A DNA stretch of 64,000 bases from Alphaproteobacteria bacterium (GCA_046349515.1 JAXMCE010000012.1:13662-77661), one strand, 5' to 3'. Counted from the first letter of the stretch, positions 10,220 to 20,477 are shown. Notes: generated by a model from the sequence alone, not told the origin. Numbers and translations are program-made.

Positions 10220-11175
10220 ACGCCATCCTCGAGGCACGCGATCTCAGTCGCGAGTATCTCGTTGGGCGCGGAATCTTGGCACCTGTCGCGCGGGTGCGGG
10301 CGCTCGACGGGGTGTCCTTCGATCTCACACCCGGCCGGACACTCGCCGTCGTCGGCGAATCGGGTTGCGGCAAGTCCACACTTGCCCGCCTCATCACCAT
10401 GATCGAGACGCCGACAACGGGCACGCTTCGGATCGACGGCGCCGACGTGGCGGCTGCCGATCGGGCAACCCGTCGCAGGCTCCGCCGCAACGTCCAGATG
10501 GTGTTCCAGAATCCCTACGGCTCGCTCAATCCGCGCCAGAAAATCGGCGCCGTGCTCGCCGAGCCGCTTCTCGTGAACACGGACTCGTCTGCGGCGGAAT
10601 GCCGTGCGGCGGCCCGCGACATGCTCGCGCGCGTCGGATTGGGGCCTGAACATGTCGAGCGTTATCCGCACATGTTCTCGGGCGGCCAGCGCCAGCGTAT
10701 CGCGATCGCGCGCGCCCTCATGCTCCGGCCGAAGATCGTCGTGCTGGACGAACCCGTCTCGGCGCTCGACGTCTCGATCCGCGCGCAGATTCTCAATCTT
10801 TTGACCGAACTCCAGGAGGAATTCGGCCTCACCTATGTCTTCATCTCCCATGACCTCACGGTGGTTCGACACATCGCGGACGAGGTCATGGTTATCTATC
10901 TTGGGCGCGTCGTCGAAAAGGGCAGCCGCGAGACCATTTTTGCCAATCCTCAACACCCCTACACGCGGGCCCTTCTGTCGGCGACACCGGTTGCGGACCC
11001 GGAGGCGCGGCGATTGCGCATGGTTCTCCGCGGCGAGCCGCCGTCTCCATTCGCTCCGCCCAAGGGATGTCCGTTTCACCCACGCTGTCCCCATGCGATC
11101 GAGCATTGCGCGATGGAGCCGCCGCCTTTAGCGGAGAAGCACGGCCATGACGTGGCGTGCTGGGCGGTGTCCTGA
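10216..11175 (+). CDS. dppF: ABC transporter ATP-binding protein (DppF-like)
   Basis: ATGA overlap with dppD stop; Walker A GESGCGKST, signature FSGGQRQR, Walker B VVLDEPVSALD. Confidence 0.85.
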   Translation: MNAILEARDLSREYLVGRGILAPVARVRALDGVSFDLTPGRTLAVVGESGCGKSTLARLITMIETPTTGTLRIDGADVAAADRATRRRLRRNVQMVFQNPYGSLNPRQKIGAVLAEPLLVNTDSSAAECRAAARDMLARVGLGPEHVERYPHMFSGGQRQRIAIARALMLRPKIVVLDEPVSALDVSIRAQILNLLTELQEEFGLTYVFISHDLTVVRHIADEVMVIYLGRVVEKGSRETIFANPQHPYTRALLSATPVADPEARRLRMVLRGEPPSPFAPPKGCPFHPRCPHAIEHCAMEPPPLAEKHGHDVACWAVS

Positions 11176-11347
11176 GGGGTCGTGGGTGGCCGTCGCGCAA
11201 TCCGGCGATGGAAGGACGGTCTCGGCGCGATTGTGCGCTGCCCTTGCGCAGTCATCATGACGCCAGGTTGTCTTGCATTGGCGTCCGGATGTGGGCACGG
11301 TAGCGGCGTTCCGCGCCGCCACTGGATGACGTTTCGCCTAGCGATTC

Positions 11348-13420
11348 ATGGGCCCTCCCCAGGCACCCCCGACCGCTTCTCATGGTTCGGCCATCCTCTG
11401 CGGGCCCGTCGCGGGATGGCTGTTCATGATCCTTGGCTATGTGGCCGCGCAGTTGATCGCGTTCGCGCTCGTCATCGAGCCAGGGCACATTTCCGTCTTT
11501 TGGCCGCCGGATGGCGTCATCCTCGCGGGGTTTCTTATCATGCCGCGGCGGAGCCGCCCGTATTTGGCAGGATATATCTTCGCCGCGACCCTTCTCATCA
11601 ACTGGCTGGCCGGACGCGGATATGGCCTTGGCATGGCTCTCTCGGCCAGTGACGTCGTCTTCGGTTTCATCGGCGCAAGAATCTACGAAAGAATTGCCAC
11701 GTGGCGTCGACCGCTCGATGGATTGCGGACGTTCTGCGCTCTGCTCATCAGTGCGGTGACCGTCGCACTCCTCTCGGCATCATTCGATGCGGCGTTGTTT
11801 CACTACGGGCTTACATTGCGGTTTTGGGACATTTGGCCGGTGGATGCGGCAGCCACCTTGCTCGGAGTCGTTCTCGTCGCGCCGGCCATCATGGTGCGGT
11901 GGGCTAATGGGCATGGGCGCATTCATCTCGCGGCGATCCTTGAATCCGGCACCCTCTTCGCGGTCGTGCTCGTCCTATCCGCGATCGTGTTCCTCGGATT
12001 GTTCGACATTCGTAATTTGCCTCTGATCACGGCCTTTGTGCCCGCACCCTTTTTCGTCTGGGCAAGCATACGGCGGAGCGCCGCGGAGACCGCGATTCTT
12101 CTGTCGCTGGTCACGCTTCTCGCCATTTGGGGAACAGCCCATGGTTTGGGGCCAGCCGAGGACATTCATGTGCCGGTTTTCGGCATCACCGGCGCAGCCA
12201 TCAACCAGGCCCTGTGGATCCAGTCCTATCTGGCGATCATCGCGATACCGACTCTGCTCATGAGCGCCGCGATGGCCGAACGCGCGAACGCCGAGCATGC
12301 CATGCGCGAGCGCGAGTCGATCCTGCGCACGATCGTCGAAACATCACCCGATGCGATCATCACAATCGATGACCGCGGCACCATCGAATCATTCAGTGCG
12401 TCGGCCGAGCAAATGTTTGGCTACGGCGCGGCGGAAGCGATCGGCCGGAATATCGGCTTTCTCATGCCTTCGCCCGATCGGGAGCGGCACGACGCCTATC
12501 TCGCTCGTTACATTGCGACCGGAGAGCGGCGCATCATCGGATTCAAGCGGGTCGTGACGGGCCGGCGCCGGAACGGCGAGACCTTTCCCATGGAACTCGC
12601 GGTGGGCGAAGCCATCGTTGGCGGCCGGCGCGTGTTCACCGGATTCATCCATGACATCACCCGGCGACAGGAGGCGGAGCGTCGCCTTGCGGAGCTCCAG
12701 ACGGAGCTGCTGCATGTGTCCAGGTTAAGCGACATGGGCCAGCTCGCGGCCTCGCTTGCCCACGAGCTCAACCAGCCGCTCACCGCGATCATGAACTACG
12801 TGCAGGCCATGCGTCATCTTCTCGGCCGGGACCCCGGCGGGCGGCAGCCCAAGGTCGAGGACATCATGGAAAAGGTCGTGGCCCAAGCCGCGCGCGCCGG
12901 CCAAGTGATCCGCCGACTTCGCGGCTTCGTCACCAAGGGAACGGTTGAAGCGCGGCGGGAGGACGTCAACAGGTTGATCGAAGAGGCAAATGCTCTTGCC
13001 CTCGTTGGCGTGAGAGAGCAGCGCGTCCGTACTGTGCTTACGCTCGCGCCGAATTTGCCGCCGATCCTCGTGGACCGCGTGCAGATCCAGCAGGTTCTGG
13101 TCAATCTGATCCGCAATGCGATCGATGCGATGGCAAACAGCGATCGGCGCGAGCTGAGGATCGAGACCTCGCGCGACGAAGGCGGCTTCGTGCGCGTGGC
13201 CGTAACCGATACGGGGCCTGGTCTATCGCCCGACGTGCGCGACAAGCTGTTTCAGCCTTTCGTCACCTCCAAGCCGGCTGGCATGGGCATCGGGCTATCG
13301 ATATGCCGCTCGATCGTCGAGGCCCATGGCGGCCGTCTGTGGCACGAGCCCAATCCGGCAGGCGGTGCCATCTTCGCGTTCACGCTTCCGGAGGCGACCA
13401 AGCTGTCGGAATCTGGTTAG
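11348..13420 (+). CDS. fixL: FixL-like oxygen/redox sensor histidine kinase: MASE1-like membrane domain + heme-type PAS + HisKA + HATPase_c
   Basis: N-terminal ~300 aa polytopic membrane region. The PAS domain aligns closely with Bradyrhizobium FixL heme-PAS (ESFSASAEQMFGY..., FLMPSPDRERHDAYLARYIATGERRIIG with the conserved proximal His, RVVTGRRRNGETFPMELAVGE). HisKA H-box LAHELNQPLTAI; G1/G2 boxes DTGPGL, GMGIGLSI. True start may be the ATG at 11426 (MILGYV). Confidence 0.8.
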   Translation: MGPPQAPPTASHGSAILCGPVAGWLFMILGYVAAQLIAFALVIEPGHISVFWPPDGVILAGFLIMPRRSRPYLAGYIFAATLLINWLAGRGYGLGMALSASDVVFGFIGARIYERIATWRRPLDGLRTFCALLISAVTVALLSASFDAALFHYGLTLRFWDIWPVDAAATLLGVVLVAPAIMVRWANGHGRIHLAAILESGTLFAVVLVLSAIVFLGLFDIRNLPLITAFVPAPFFVWASIRRSAAETAILLSLVTLLAIWGTAHGLGPAEDIHVPVFGITGAAINQALWIQSYLAIIAIPTLLMSAAMAERANAEHAMRERESILRTIVETSPDAIITIDDRGTIESFSASAEQMFGYGAAEAIGRNIGFLMPSPDRERHDAYLARYIATGERRIIGFKRVVTGRRRNGETFPMELAVGEAIVGGRRVFTGFIHDITRRQEAERRLAELQTELLHVSRLSDMGQLAASLAHELNQPLTAIMNYVQAMRHLLGRDPGGRQPKVEDIMEKVVAQAARAGQVIRRLRGFVTKGTVEARREDVNRLIEEANALALVGVREQRVRTVLTLAPNLPPILVDRVQIQQVLVNLIRNAIDAMANSDRRELRIETSRDEGGFVRVAVTDTGPGLSPDVRDKLFQPFVTSKPAGMGIGLSICRSIVEAHGGRLWHEPNPAGGAIFAFTLPEATKLSESG

Positions 13421-13719
13421 GCAGCGGCGCGGACAACACGGTCCTCGTAATCAGCCCCGAATCATCGCCGATGGGGTCTTTATCGAAATCGAGCGGGCGG
13501 ATTCTGGTGCGGTGGAAACAGGCAGTTTCCATAGCGGCCGACGGGATTCGATCTGGGTTGCGAATCGACCCGTCGAGGTGACGCCGGTCGTCAGCCGCAC
13601 TTGATTCGCTGACAGCCCAACTTCCCCGCAAGACGATCCGCGCAACCTTTGCCTTTGGTGCGTCACCTACGAGGACTAGACTGCCATCGCCTCGATTCTC
13701 CATCGCATAGGGGGGATCT

Positions 13720-14028
13720 ATGGATGTCGTTGGATTGATTATTCAGCTGGTCGTCGGAGCCATCGGCGGGAATATCGCGGGCGCGGTTCTCAAAGACCAA
13801 AGCCTTGGTACCATCGGCAACACGATCGCCGGCGTTATCGGCGGCGGCGTGGGTGGCCAGATTCTCTCGGCGATCCTAAGCAGCGCGGGCGCCCATGACG
13901 CGGCGGCGGCCGCATCGGGCGGCGGCATGGACGTCAGCTCCATCATCGGCAGCGTCGCCGGCGGCGGCGTGGGCGGTGGGATCCTCATGATCATCATCGG
14001 CATGATCAAGAAAGCGATGGCCAAATAG
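13720..14028 (+). CDS. GlsB/YeaQ/YmgE family stress-response membrane protein
   Basis: 102 aa, Gly-rich repeated transmembrane motif (GAIGGNIAGAVL, GVIGGGVGGQIL, AGGGVGGGILMIII) characteristic of the transglycosylase-associated family. Confidence 0.7.
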   Translation: MDVVGLIIQLVVGAIGGNIAGAVLKDQSLGTIGNTIAGVIGGGVGGQILSAILSSAGAHDAAAAASGGGMDVSSIIGSVAGGGVGGGILMIIIGMIKKAMAK

Positions 14029-14127
14029 GCGCCGACAGCGCCGCCGGAGCGACCCGGACCGTGGGTGCGTAGCTGGGCTGACACCGCGGGCGCGCACTCC
14101 GCTCTCGATCTCGATTGGGAGATCTCG

Positions 14128-15912
14128 CTACTGCTCGAGTACGTAGCGGCCCGGCGCCGCGCCGAGCCGTGCCGAGAGATCGTCGCCCGGGATGCCCATG
14201 GGCGGCGGCTCCGTCTGTTCCCCGTCGGAGTAAGCGGCGAGCCAGGCCTGCCAGACCGGCCACCACGAGCCATCGCGTGGAGCGGTTGCCGCGTACCAGG
14301 TATCGGGATCGACATAGGCCTTGTCGCGGTCCTTGGTCGCTGTCCGGTAGTGCCGACCGTCCCGTCCCGGCTCGCTCACAATGCCGGCATTGTGGCCACC
14401 CTTGGCGAGAAGGAAGGTGACTGTCGCATCGGTCAAGAGGTTGATCTTGTGAACAGAGCGCCAAGGGGCCACGTGGTCGCTCTCGGTGCCGACGGCAAAG
14501 ACCGGAACCCGGATGTCGCGGAGCGCCACCGGCCGATCATCGACGCGGTAGCGGCCCTCCGCGAGGTCGTCGCCAAGAAACAGCTCCTTCAAGTACTCGC
14601 TGTGCATCCGGAACGGCATGCGCGTCGCATCGGCGTTCCACGCCATGAGGTCGGTCATGGGCTGGCGTTCGCCGAGGAGATAGTCGCGCACCATGCGCGA
14701 CCAGACGAGGTCGTTCGAGCGCAGGATCTGGAAAGCGCCCGCCATCTGCCGCGTATCGAGATAGCCTTGGTCCCACATGATGTCTTCGAGGAAGGTGACC
14801 TGTGCGTCGTCGATGAAGAGCATGAGCTCGCCGGCCTCGGTGAAATCCGTCTGGGCCGCGAGGAGCGTCATGGATTTCAAGCGCCCATCGCCATCGCGCG
14901 CCATGGCCGCCGCCGCGATCGCCAGCAGCGTTCCCCCCAGGCAGTACCCGACGCCATGCACCTTCGCGTCCTGGCAGATCGAACCGATCGCGTCGAGAGC
15001 GGCCTTGATACCGAGTGTCCGGTAGTCCTCCAAGCCGAGATCGCGATCCTCGGCGGCCGGATTCTTCCACGACACCATGAACACCGTATGGCCGCGATCG
15101 ACCAGGTACTTCACCAGCGAATTCTCCGGTGAAAGGTCGAGGATGTAGTACTTCATGATCCAAGCCGGCACGATGAGCACCGGTTCGACATAGACCGACT
15201 TGGTCGTGGGTGCGTATTGGATCAGCTCCATGAGGCGGTTGCGATAGACCACCTTGCCCGGCGTGATCGCGACGGTCTTGCCGGGCACGAATTTCTCGCT
15301 GCCGACCGGCATGCGGCCCGCGATCGCCCGTTCCCAGTCCTCGAGGAAATGGAGCGCTCCGCGCTGGAAATTGGCGCCGCCTTGCTCGATCGTGGCCTTC
15401 AGGATCTGCGGGTTGAGGAAGGGGACGTTCGAGGGCGAGACGACATCGAGGAGCTGGCGCGCGACGAATGACACGACGTTCTCATGGTGGCGGGACACGC
15501 CGCGCACCTCCGTCGTCGCATTGTGCCACCATTGCTGGGTGAGCAGGAACGACTGGTGGAGCAGGTTGAACGGCCAGCGGTGCCATTCGCCGTCGGTGAA
15601 GCGCCTGTCATGGGCGAGCGGCTCGATGCAGTTGGGACAACCCGGCTCGCGCATGGCGCGGGCGCTCCATAGCATGAGCCGCAACCATTTCCGCACGGCC
15701 TTCTGGATGAGAAGCCCTTGCTTCCCCGGCGAGAAGCCGAGATGGGCGAGCCAGTCGACATAGGCAAGAAGGAGGGCCGAGGGCGAGAGGCCCAAGGAGA
15801 TCCGGCCGAATGCGGCGCGCACCAGCCGATCGAGCGAATCGCCAGTGATGGGCGTGGGGACGCTATCGTCATGGTCGATGGCGACGGCAAAGGCGCTCGC
15901 GCCGGCGGCCAT
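14128..15912 (-). CDS. phaC: class I poly(3-hydroxyalkanoate) synthase
   Basis: About 595 aa from MAAGASAF; lipase-box GYCLGG with catalytic Cys, conserved Asp/His regions (VSWKNP, FAVGTESDHVAPW). The ORF is open a further 67 codons upstream (to 16113) through an Arg-rich stretch that is probably not translated. Confidence 0.85.
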   Translation of the reverse strand: MAAGASAFAVAIDHDDSVPTPITGDSLDRLVRAAFGRISLGLSPSALLLAYVDWLAHLGFSPGKQGLLIQKAVRKWLRLMLWSARAMREPGCPNCIEPLAHDRRFTDGEWHRWPFNLLHQSFLLTQQWWHNATTEVRGVSRHHENVVSFVARQLLDVVSPSNVPFLNPQILKATIEQGGANFQRGALHFLEDWERAIAGRMPVGSEKFVPGKTVAITPGKVVYRNRLMELIQYAPTTKSVYVEPVLIVPAWIMKYYILDLSPENSLVKYLVDRGHTVFMVSWKNPAAEDRDLGLEDYRTLGIKAALDAIGSICQDAKVHGVGYCLGGTLLAIAAAAMARDGDGRLKSMTLLAAQTDFTEAGELMLFIDDAQVTFLEDIMWDQGYLDTRQMAGAFQILRSNDLVWSRMVRDYLLGERQPMTDLMAWNADATRMPFRMHSEYLKELFLGDDLAEGRYRVDDRPVALRDIRVPVFAVGTESDHVAPWRSVHKINLLTDATVTFLLAKGGHNAGIVSEPGRDGRHYRTATKDRDKAYVDPDTWYAATAPRDGSWWPVWQAWLAAYSDGEQTEPPPMGIPGDDLSARLGAAPGRYVLEQ

Positions 15913-16282
15913 GCGCGACGGTTCGGGCGGGACGGGCGGCGTATTTGAGCCGGAGCGTGCGCGCCGCCGGCCAGTACCGCCCTGTCGTCTCGCTGTCCTC
16001 GGCTGCACGCGTGGATGCCGACGTGTCCGGTCAGCCTCGATGCGATCGGCCATGGTGGAACTCCGCAATGGTGAAGGCACATCGCGCCGATGATAGGGGA
16101 GATCATGTGACAACTCGGGGTCGGTCCGGCTGATCTAGGTCAAGGGGGCAGCGCGCCCTAGAAAGGCGAAACCGCTCCTTGGTGCATCGCGGCTGATTGG
16201 ACTACTCTCCCTGGGTCTTGGCACGATTGATGCCGGCCGTGCCTCCTTCGAAAGCGCACAACCCGAGAGGACCTGCCACGCG

Positions 16283-17008
16283 ATGCCCGAGTCTTTCCTT
16301 GCCGGTCGCCGTGCCGTCGTGACGGGGGCGACGCGCGGAATCGGCCGCGCGATCGCCGCCCGACTCGTCGCTGCGGGGGCCGATGTCCTCGGCACGTCGA
16401 CGAAGGCGTCCGCGAACCTTCCCCAGGGCTGCCGCCATGCGCAGCTCGTCCTCGACGATCCGGCTTCCCTTGAGTCCTTCGCCACCCTTGTCGAGCGGAC
16501 GGCGCCGCATATTCTCGTCAACAACGCGGCGATCGTGAATTTGAAACCGTTCGAAGATATCGAGGAAGCGGAGTTTCGCCGCATCCATCGTGTGAACCTC
16601 CTGGCGCCCATGCGGCTTTGCAAGGCGGCCCTGCCGGGCATGAAGCGTGAGGGATGGGGCCGCATCGTCAACATCGCCTCGATCTGGGGACCTGCGGCGC
16701 GGGCAGCCCGCGCGGCCTACGCTTCGACGAAGTCCGGCCTCGACGTGATGACGGCGTCTCTCGCCTATGAATGCGCGGCCAACGGCGTCCTCGCCAATTG
16801 CGTCTCCCCGGGGCCCGTCGAGACAGAGATGCTGCAGCAGGCCTATGACGCCAACCGCCTCAAGGCATTGGCCGAGCGAATGCCCTTGAAGCGTCTCTGC
16901 CAGCCGGACGAGGTCGCCGCCTTCGTCGCCTGGCTCGCGGGGCCGGAGAACACTTACATCACGGGGCAGAACCTCGTGATCGACGGCGGCTTCATGCGCT
17001 TCTGCTAG
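16283..17008 (+). CDS. SDR family oxidoreductase (FabG/PhaB-like)
   Basis: VTGATRGIGRAIA Rossmann motif, YASTKSG catalytic dyad, C-terminal ITGQNLVIDGG. Atypical NNAAIV in place of NNAGI. Confidence 0.75.
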   Translation: MPESFLAGRRAVVTGATRGIGRAIAARLVAAGADVLGTSTKASANLPQGCRHAQLVLDDPASLESFATLVERTAPHILVNNAAIVNLKPFEDIEEAEFRRIHRVNLLAPMRLCKAALPGMKREGWGRIVNIASIWGPAARAARAAYASTKSGLDVMTASLAYECAANGVLANCVSPGPVETEMLQQAYDANRLKALAERMPLKRLCQPDEVAAFVAWLAGPENTYITGQNLVIDGGFMRFC

Positions 17009-17018
17009 GTGTCGCGCG

Positions 17019-17738
17019 ATGACGAGTCTTGAGGGAAAGCTTGCGGTCGTGACCGGTGGGACGCGCAGCATCGGCCGCGCGATCGTCGAGGCGCTTCTCG
17101 CGCGCGGCGCCTCCGTGATCGGAACCGGGACGAAGCCCGCGGGCGAGGTGCCGAAAGGCTGCCGCTACCATTGCCTCAAGCTCGAGGATCGGCAGTCTGT
17201 CGAACAATTCTGCGGAGTCATCGAAAAGGAGGCGCCGCACATCCTCGTCAACAATGCCGGCGTCAGCAGTCCCGCGACGGCCGAAGAATTGCGGATGGAT
17301 GATGTCGAGCGCGTGCACGAGATCAACCTCATCGCCCCCTTGCGTCTCTGCCAGGCGGCGGTCAAAGGCATGAAGCGCCATGGCTGGGGCCGTATCGTCA
17401 ACCTGACGGCGGTCTCGGGCATCTTCGGACGGAAGGCCCGCGCCAATTATGGGTCGAGCAAGGCCGCTCTCGACGGAATGACCGCGAGTCTCGCGGCCGA
17501 GTATGGCGCCGACGGGATCCTCGCCAATTGCGTGGCGCCGGGCTTCATCGAGACGGACGTGCTGCGGTCCCTCTACAGCGCTGAGCAACTGAAGGCCTTG
17601 GCCGATCTCGTCCCGACGAAGCGACTCGGTACAGCCGAGGAGATCGCCTCTCTTGTCGCGTGGCTGTGCGGGCCGGAGAACGGCTACGTGACCGGCCAGA
17701 ACATCGTGATCGATGGCGGGTTCGGCCGCGTGCGGTGA
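17019..17738 (+). CDS. SDR family oxidoreductase (paralog of preceding gene)
   Basis: VTGGTRSIGRAIV, NNAGVS, YGSSKAA, ITGQNIVIDGG. Similar in length and collinear with the upstream SDR; 11 bp intergenic gap suggests co-translation. Confidence 0.75.
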   Translation: MTSLEGKLAVVTGGTRSIGRAIVEALLARGASVIGTGTKPAGEVPKGCRYHCLKLEDRQSVEQFCGVIEKEAPHILVNNAGVSSPATAEELRMDDVERVHEINLIAPLRLCQAAVKGMKRHGWGRIVNLTAVSGIFGRKARANYGSSKAALDGMTASLAAEYGADGILANCVAPGFIETDVLRSLYSAEQLKALADLVPTKRLGTAEEIASLVAWLCGPENGYVTGQNIVIDGGFGRVR

Positions 17739-17786
17739 GCCACCGCCGTGCGAGCCGCATTCCCCAACAATTTGTGAGTTGCCCCG

Positions 17787-19223
17787 CTAACCCGGCGTCT
17801 TCGTCGGCCGCGCCCCCGGCCATTCATCACCGAGCAATTCGGCGTCGGTGTAGTGCGCGAGGTCGCGGGCGTGAAGCGCGCGGTCCTCGAGGTAAAAGCC
17901 GCGCGCGATGGCGGCAGCCAGTCGTGCCGCGCCATGGTCGACGGCCGGGATGTCGCCGGCGACCGGGCCGTGGCTCAAGGTCGCCGCGTAGTTGAAACAG
18001 TGGAGATTGGCGAGGAAGGGTGCCGCACCGGGCGTGCGTTCGGTGAACTCGAAGCCTGGACCCAAGTATGGGAAGGACCCGAGCTCTTCGAGCGGCTCGT
18101 CCGGCGGCACGGGGAAACGATCGCGCCACAGCGCGATGTGCTCGCCGAATCCTGCGAGCTCGGGCCTCAGGCGCGGATCGACCGCGAATCCGGTGCCGAG
18201 GATGGCGAAGTCGAACGCGAGCGATCCCTCCGGCGTGCGGAGGCTGAGCGCGCCATCTTTCTCCGCCGCATCTTCGATCGGGCAGCCGAGCGCGAGGCGG
18301 AAGCGCGGATTGCGCGTGACCTTGAGCACGGACTCGCGCGGAGGCGCCACCCGGTCGGCCATGAGCTGGTAAAGGCTGTGCCAACGCCAGCCGTCGCCGG
18401 CATGGAGATGCCCATGGAGGAAGCCGCCGTAGATGACGCCTTTGAAGCGGTTGAAGCGCGGCAGGTCGGGCCGTCGGACGAGCATGGCGACCGATGCCGC
18501 CCCTGCCTCGAGGGCGGTTGCGGCGTTGTCGAAGGCCGACGCGCCCGCGCCAAGCACGGCGACACGCTTGCCGCTGAGGGCGGCGAATTCGATCTCATCG
18601 GCCGTATGGGCCCAGAGTGACCGCGGCAAGCGAGCGAACATGGCGGGAACGCTGGGACCGCCAAGACCCTCGCGCCCGGTCGCCATGACGATCTTGCGCG
18701 CAAAGATGTGACCGGGTCGTCCGTCGCGCGCGACGTCGAGGCGGAAGCAGTCGCCCTCGGGCGCGATTCGCTGGACCGCGACGCCGTTCTCGACCGGCAG
18801 CGCGAGGACGCGCCGGTACCATCGGAGATAGTCCTGCCACATCGGGCGCGGGATCTTGCCGAGCGATTGCCAGCCCGCGGCTCCGTGCTGCGCCTCGTAC
18901 CACGCGCGGAAGGTGAGGCTCGGCAGGCCAAGCACTGGTCCGGTCAGGTGCTTCGGCGAACGCAGCGTCTCCATGCGTGCGTAGGTGACCCATGGTCCCT
19001 CGAGACCTTCTGCGCACCGGTCGACGACCGCGATGTTGGCGATCCCCTCGCGGCGAAGCGCGAAGGCGGCGACGAGGCCGCACATGCCGCCGCCATAGAT
19101 GACCACGTCGTGGACCGGACCCGGCCCCGTCCTGGGCTTGACCCAATTGGGCGGCGGATAGTTGAGGCATTCGAGATCATGCGCGAGGCGCCGCTCTAGG
19201 TCTTGGAGGCTCGTCTCGGTCAT
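17787..19223 (-). CDS. FAD/NAD(P)-binding oxidoreductase (two-dinucleotide-binding-domain flavoprotein, monooxygenase-like)
   Basis: GxGxxG FAD motif VVIYGGGMCGLVAAFAL and a second Rossmann motif RVAVLGAGASAFDNA. Start set at MTETSLQ (ATG at 19223) rather than the longer Arg-rich ORF. Confidence 0.7.
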   Translation of the reverse strand: MTETSLQDLERRLAHDLECLNYPPPNWVKPRTGPGPVHDVVIYGGGMCGLVAAFALRREGIANIAVVDRCAEGLEGPWVTYARMETLRSPKHLTGPVLGLPSLTFRAWYEAQHGAAGWQSLGKIPRPMWQDYLRWYRRVLALPVENGVAVQRIAPEGDCFRLDVARDGRPGHIFARKIVMATGREGLGGPSVPAMFARLPRSLWAHTADEIEFAALSGKRVAVLGAGASAFDNAATALEAGAASVAMLVRRPDLPRFNRFKGVIYGGFLHGHLHAGDGWRWHSLYQLMADRVAPPRESVLKVTRNPRFRLALGCPIEDAAEKDGALSLRTPEGSLAFDFAILGTGFAVDPRLRPELAGFGEHIALWRDRFPVPPDEPLEELGSFPYLGPGFEFTERTPGAAPFLANLHCFNYAATLSHGPVAGDIPAVDHGAARLAAAIARGFYLEDRALHARDLAHYTDAELLGDEWPGARPTKTPG

Positions 19224-19426
19224 GAGGCTGTCGCTCTGGGGAGGGGCGAGGGAGACTAGGCAAGGGGCGTCGCGCTGCCAAGCGCCGAGGGGGGATCGCC
19301 ATCGTAAACCCTGTCCCGTCCGTGGGAGCCGCACGCTCGGCGGACGACAGGTCTCTTGTGAACCGGCGCCAGAGCCGTTTCTATGGTTTCCGGCACGACC
19401 GCGCCGATCGCATGGCGGAGGGGGCG

Positions 19427-20452
19427 ACGATGGATTTCGGCTTCTACCTGCCTTGCTACATGCCCGACACGTCCTATCCGGGTGAACGCCTCTACCGGGA
19501 CATGCTGGAGCAGGCCAAGCTCGCCGATCAGCTTGGCTTCGTCTCGGTCACGATCCCCGAGCACCACTTCATCAACTATCTCGTCCACCCGAGTACGCTC
19601 CTCACCGCCATCAAGGTCGCCGATGCGACGAAGAACATGCGGATCCTCACGGCCGTTCTCGTGCTGCCCTTCGCCGATATGCGGCGCATGGCGGGAGAGG
19701 TCGCGCAAACCGACTGCCTGACGGACGGGCGCCTCGAGATCGGCGTCGGCCGAGGCGCCTTCCGCTATGAGTTCGACCGGTTCGGCATACCGCTTGAGGA
19801 GAGCCGGGAGCGTTTTGTCGACGCGCTCCGGCTTCTCATGAAGCTTCTGAGCGAGACCGACGTGTCGTGGAAGAGCAAGTACTACGACTTCCCGCCCCTG
19901 ACGACGATGCCGCGGCCGCTGCAGAAGCCCTATCCGCCCATCTGGATCGCGGCGCTCGCGCCCGAGGCCATCGCGTCCTCGGTGAAGTACGGCCACCACG
20001 TCATGACGACGCCGCTCCGCGATCCTTTCGCCGCGGCAAAGGCGCAGGCCGAAGCGTTCTTCCAGGCCGTCGAGGAGGTGGGGTCGCCAGCGCGGCACCT
20101 CCGGTTCTCGACCTTGCGCATGACCTATGTCAGCGAGAACGAGGCCGATATCCGGGAGAAGCGGCGTCTTGCGCTCGAAAACCATCGCCGCTTCGCCAAT
20201 GTGCGCGAGACGCCGGGCGAGGTCCATGCGGGCGCCGTCAAGCCGCTCGATGATATCGACATGACGGAAGAGGACGTCGAGAAGTCCCTCATCATCGGCT
20301 CGCCCCAATACGTCGTGGACAAGCTGATGGCTTACGCCAATCTCGGCGTCCACAACATGCAGATCAATGCGACCTTCGGCGCCAATCACGCCGATGCGAT
20401 GCGGACTCTCGAGCTGTTCGCCGCGAAGGTCATGCCCCATTTCCCAGCGTAA
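19427..20452 (+). CDS. LLM-class (luciferase-like) flavin-dependent oxidoreductase
   Basis: TIM-barrel LLM hallmarks: GFVSVTIPEHHF, LEIGVGRG, C-terminal region. Start at MDFGFYLP. Confidence 0.8.
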   Translation, partial: TMDFGFYLPCYMPDTSYPGERLYRDMLEQAKLADQLGFVSVTIPEHHFINYLVHPSTLLTAIKVADATKNMRILTAVLVLPFADMRRMAGEVAQTDCLTDGRLEIGVGRGAFRYEFDRFGIPLEESRERFVDALRLLMKLLSETDVSWKSKYYDFPPLTTMPRPLQKPYPPIWIAALAPEAIASSVKYGHHVMTTPLRDPFAAAKAQAEAFFQAVEEVGSPARHLRFSTLRMTYVSENEADIREKRRLALENHRRFANVRETPGEVHAGAVKPLDDIDMTEEDVEKSLIIGSPQYVVDKLMAYANLGVHNMQINATFGANHADAMRTLELFAAKVMPHFPA

Positions 20453-20477
20453 GCACGGCCTGACCGGAGGAGGAGGG

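Noticed and set aside
9224-11106. Two long minus-strand ORFs (337 aa and 347 aa) antisense to dppD/dppF
   Set aside because: Arg/Pro-rich, no motifs, fully overlapping strongly supported ATPase genes.
13420-13720. Possible FixK/FNR box (TTGAT-N4-ATCAA) between fixL-like gene and glsB-like gene
   Set aside because: TTGATTCGCTGACAG at about 13594 has only one half-site. No convincing palindrome was found, so it is not reported as a feature.
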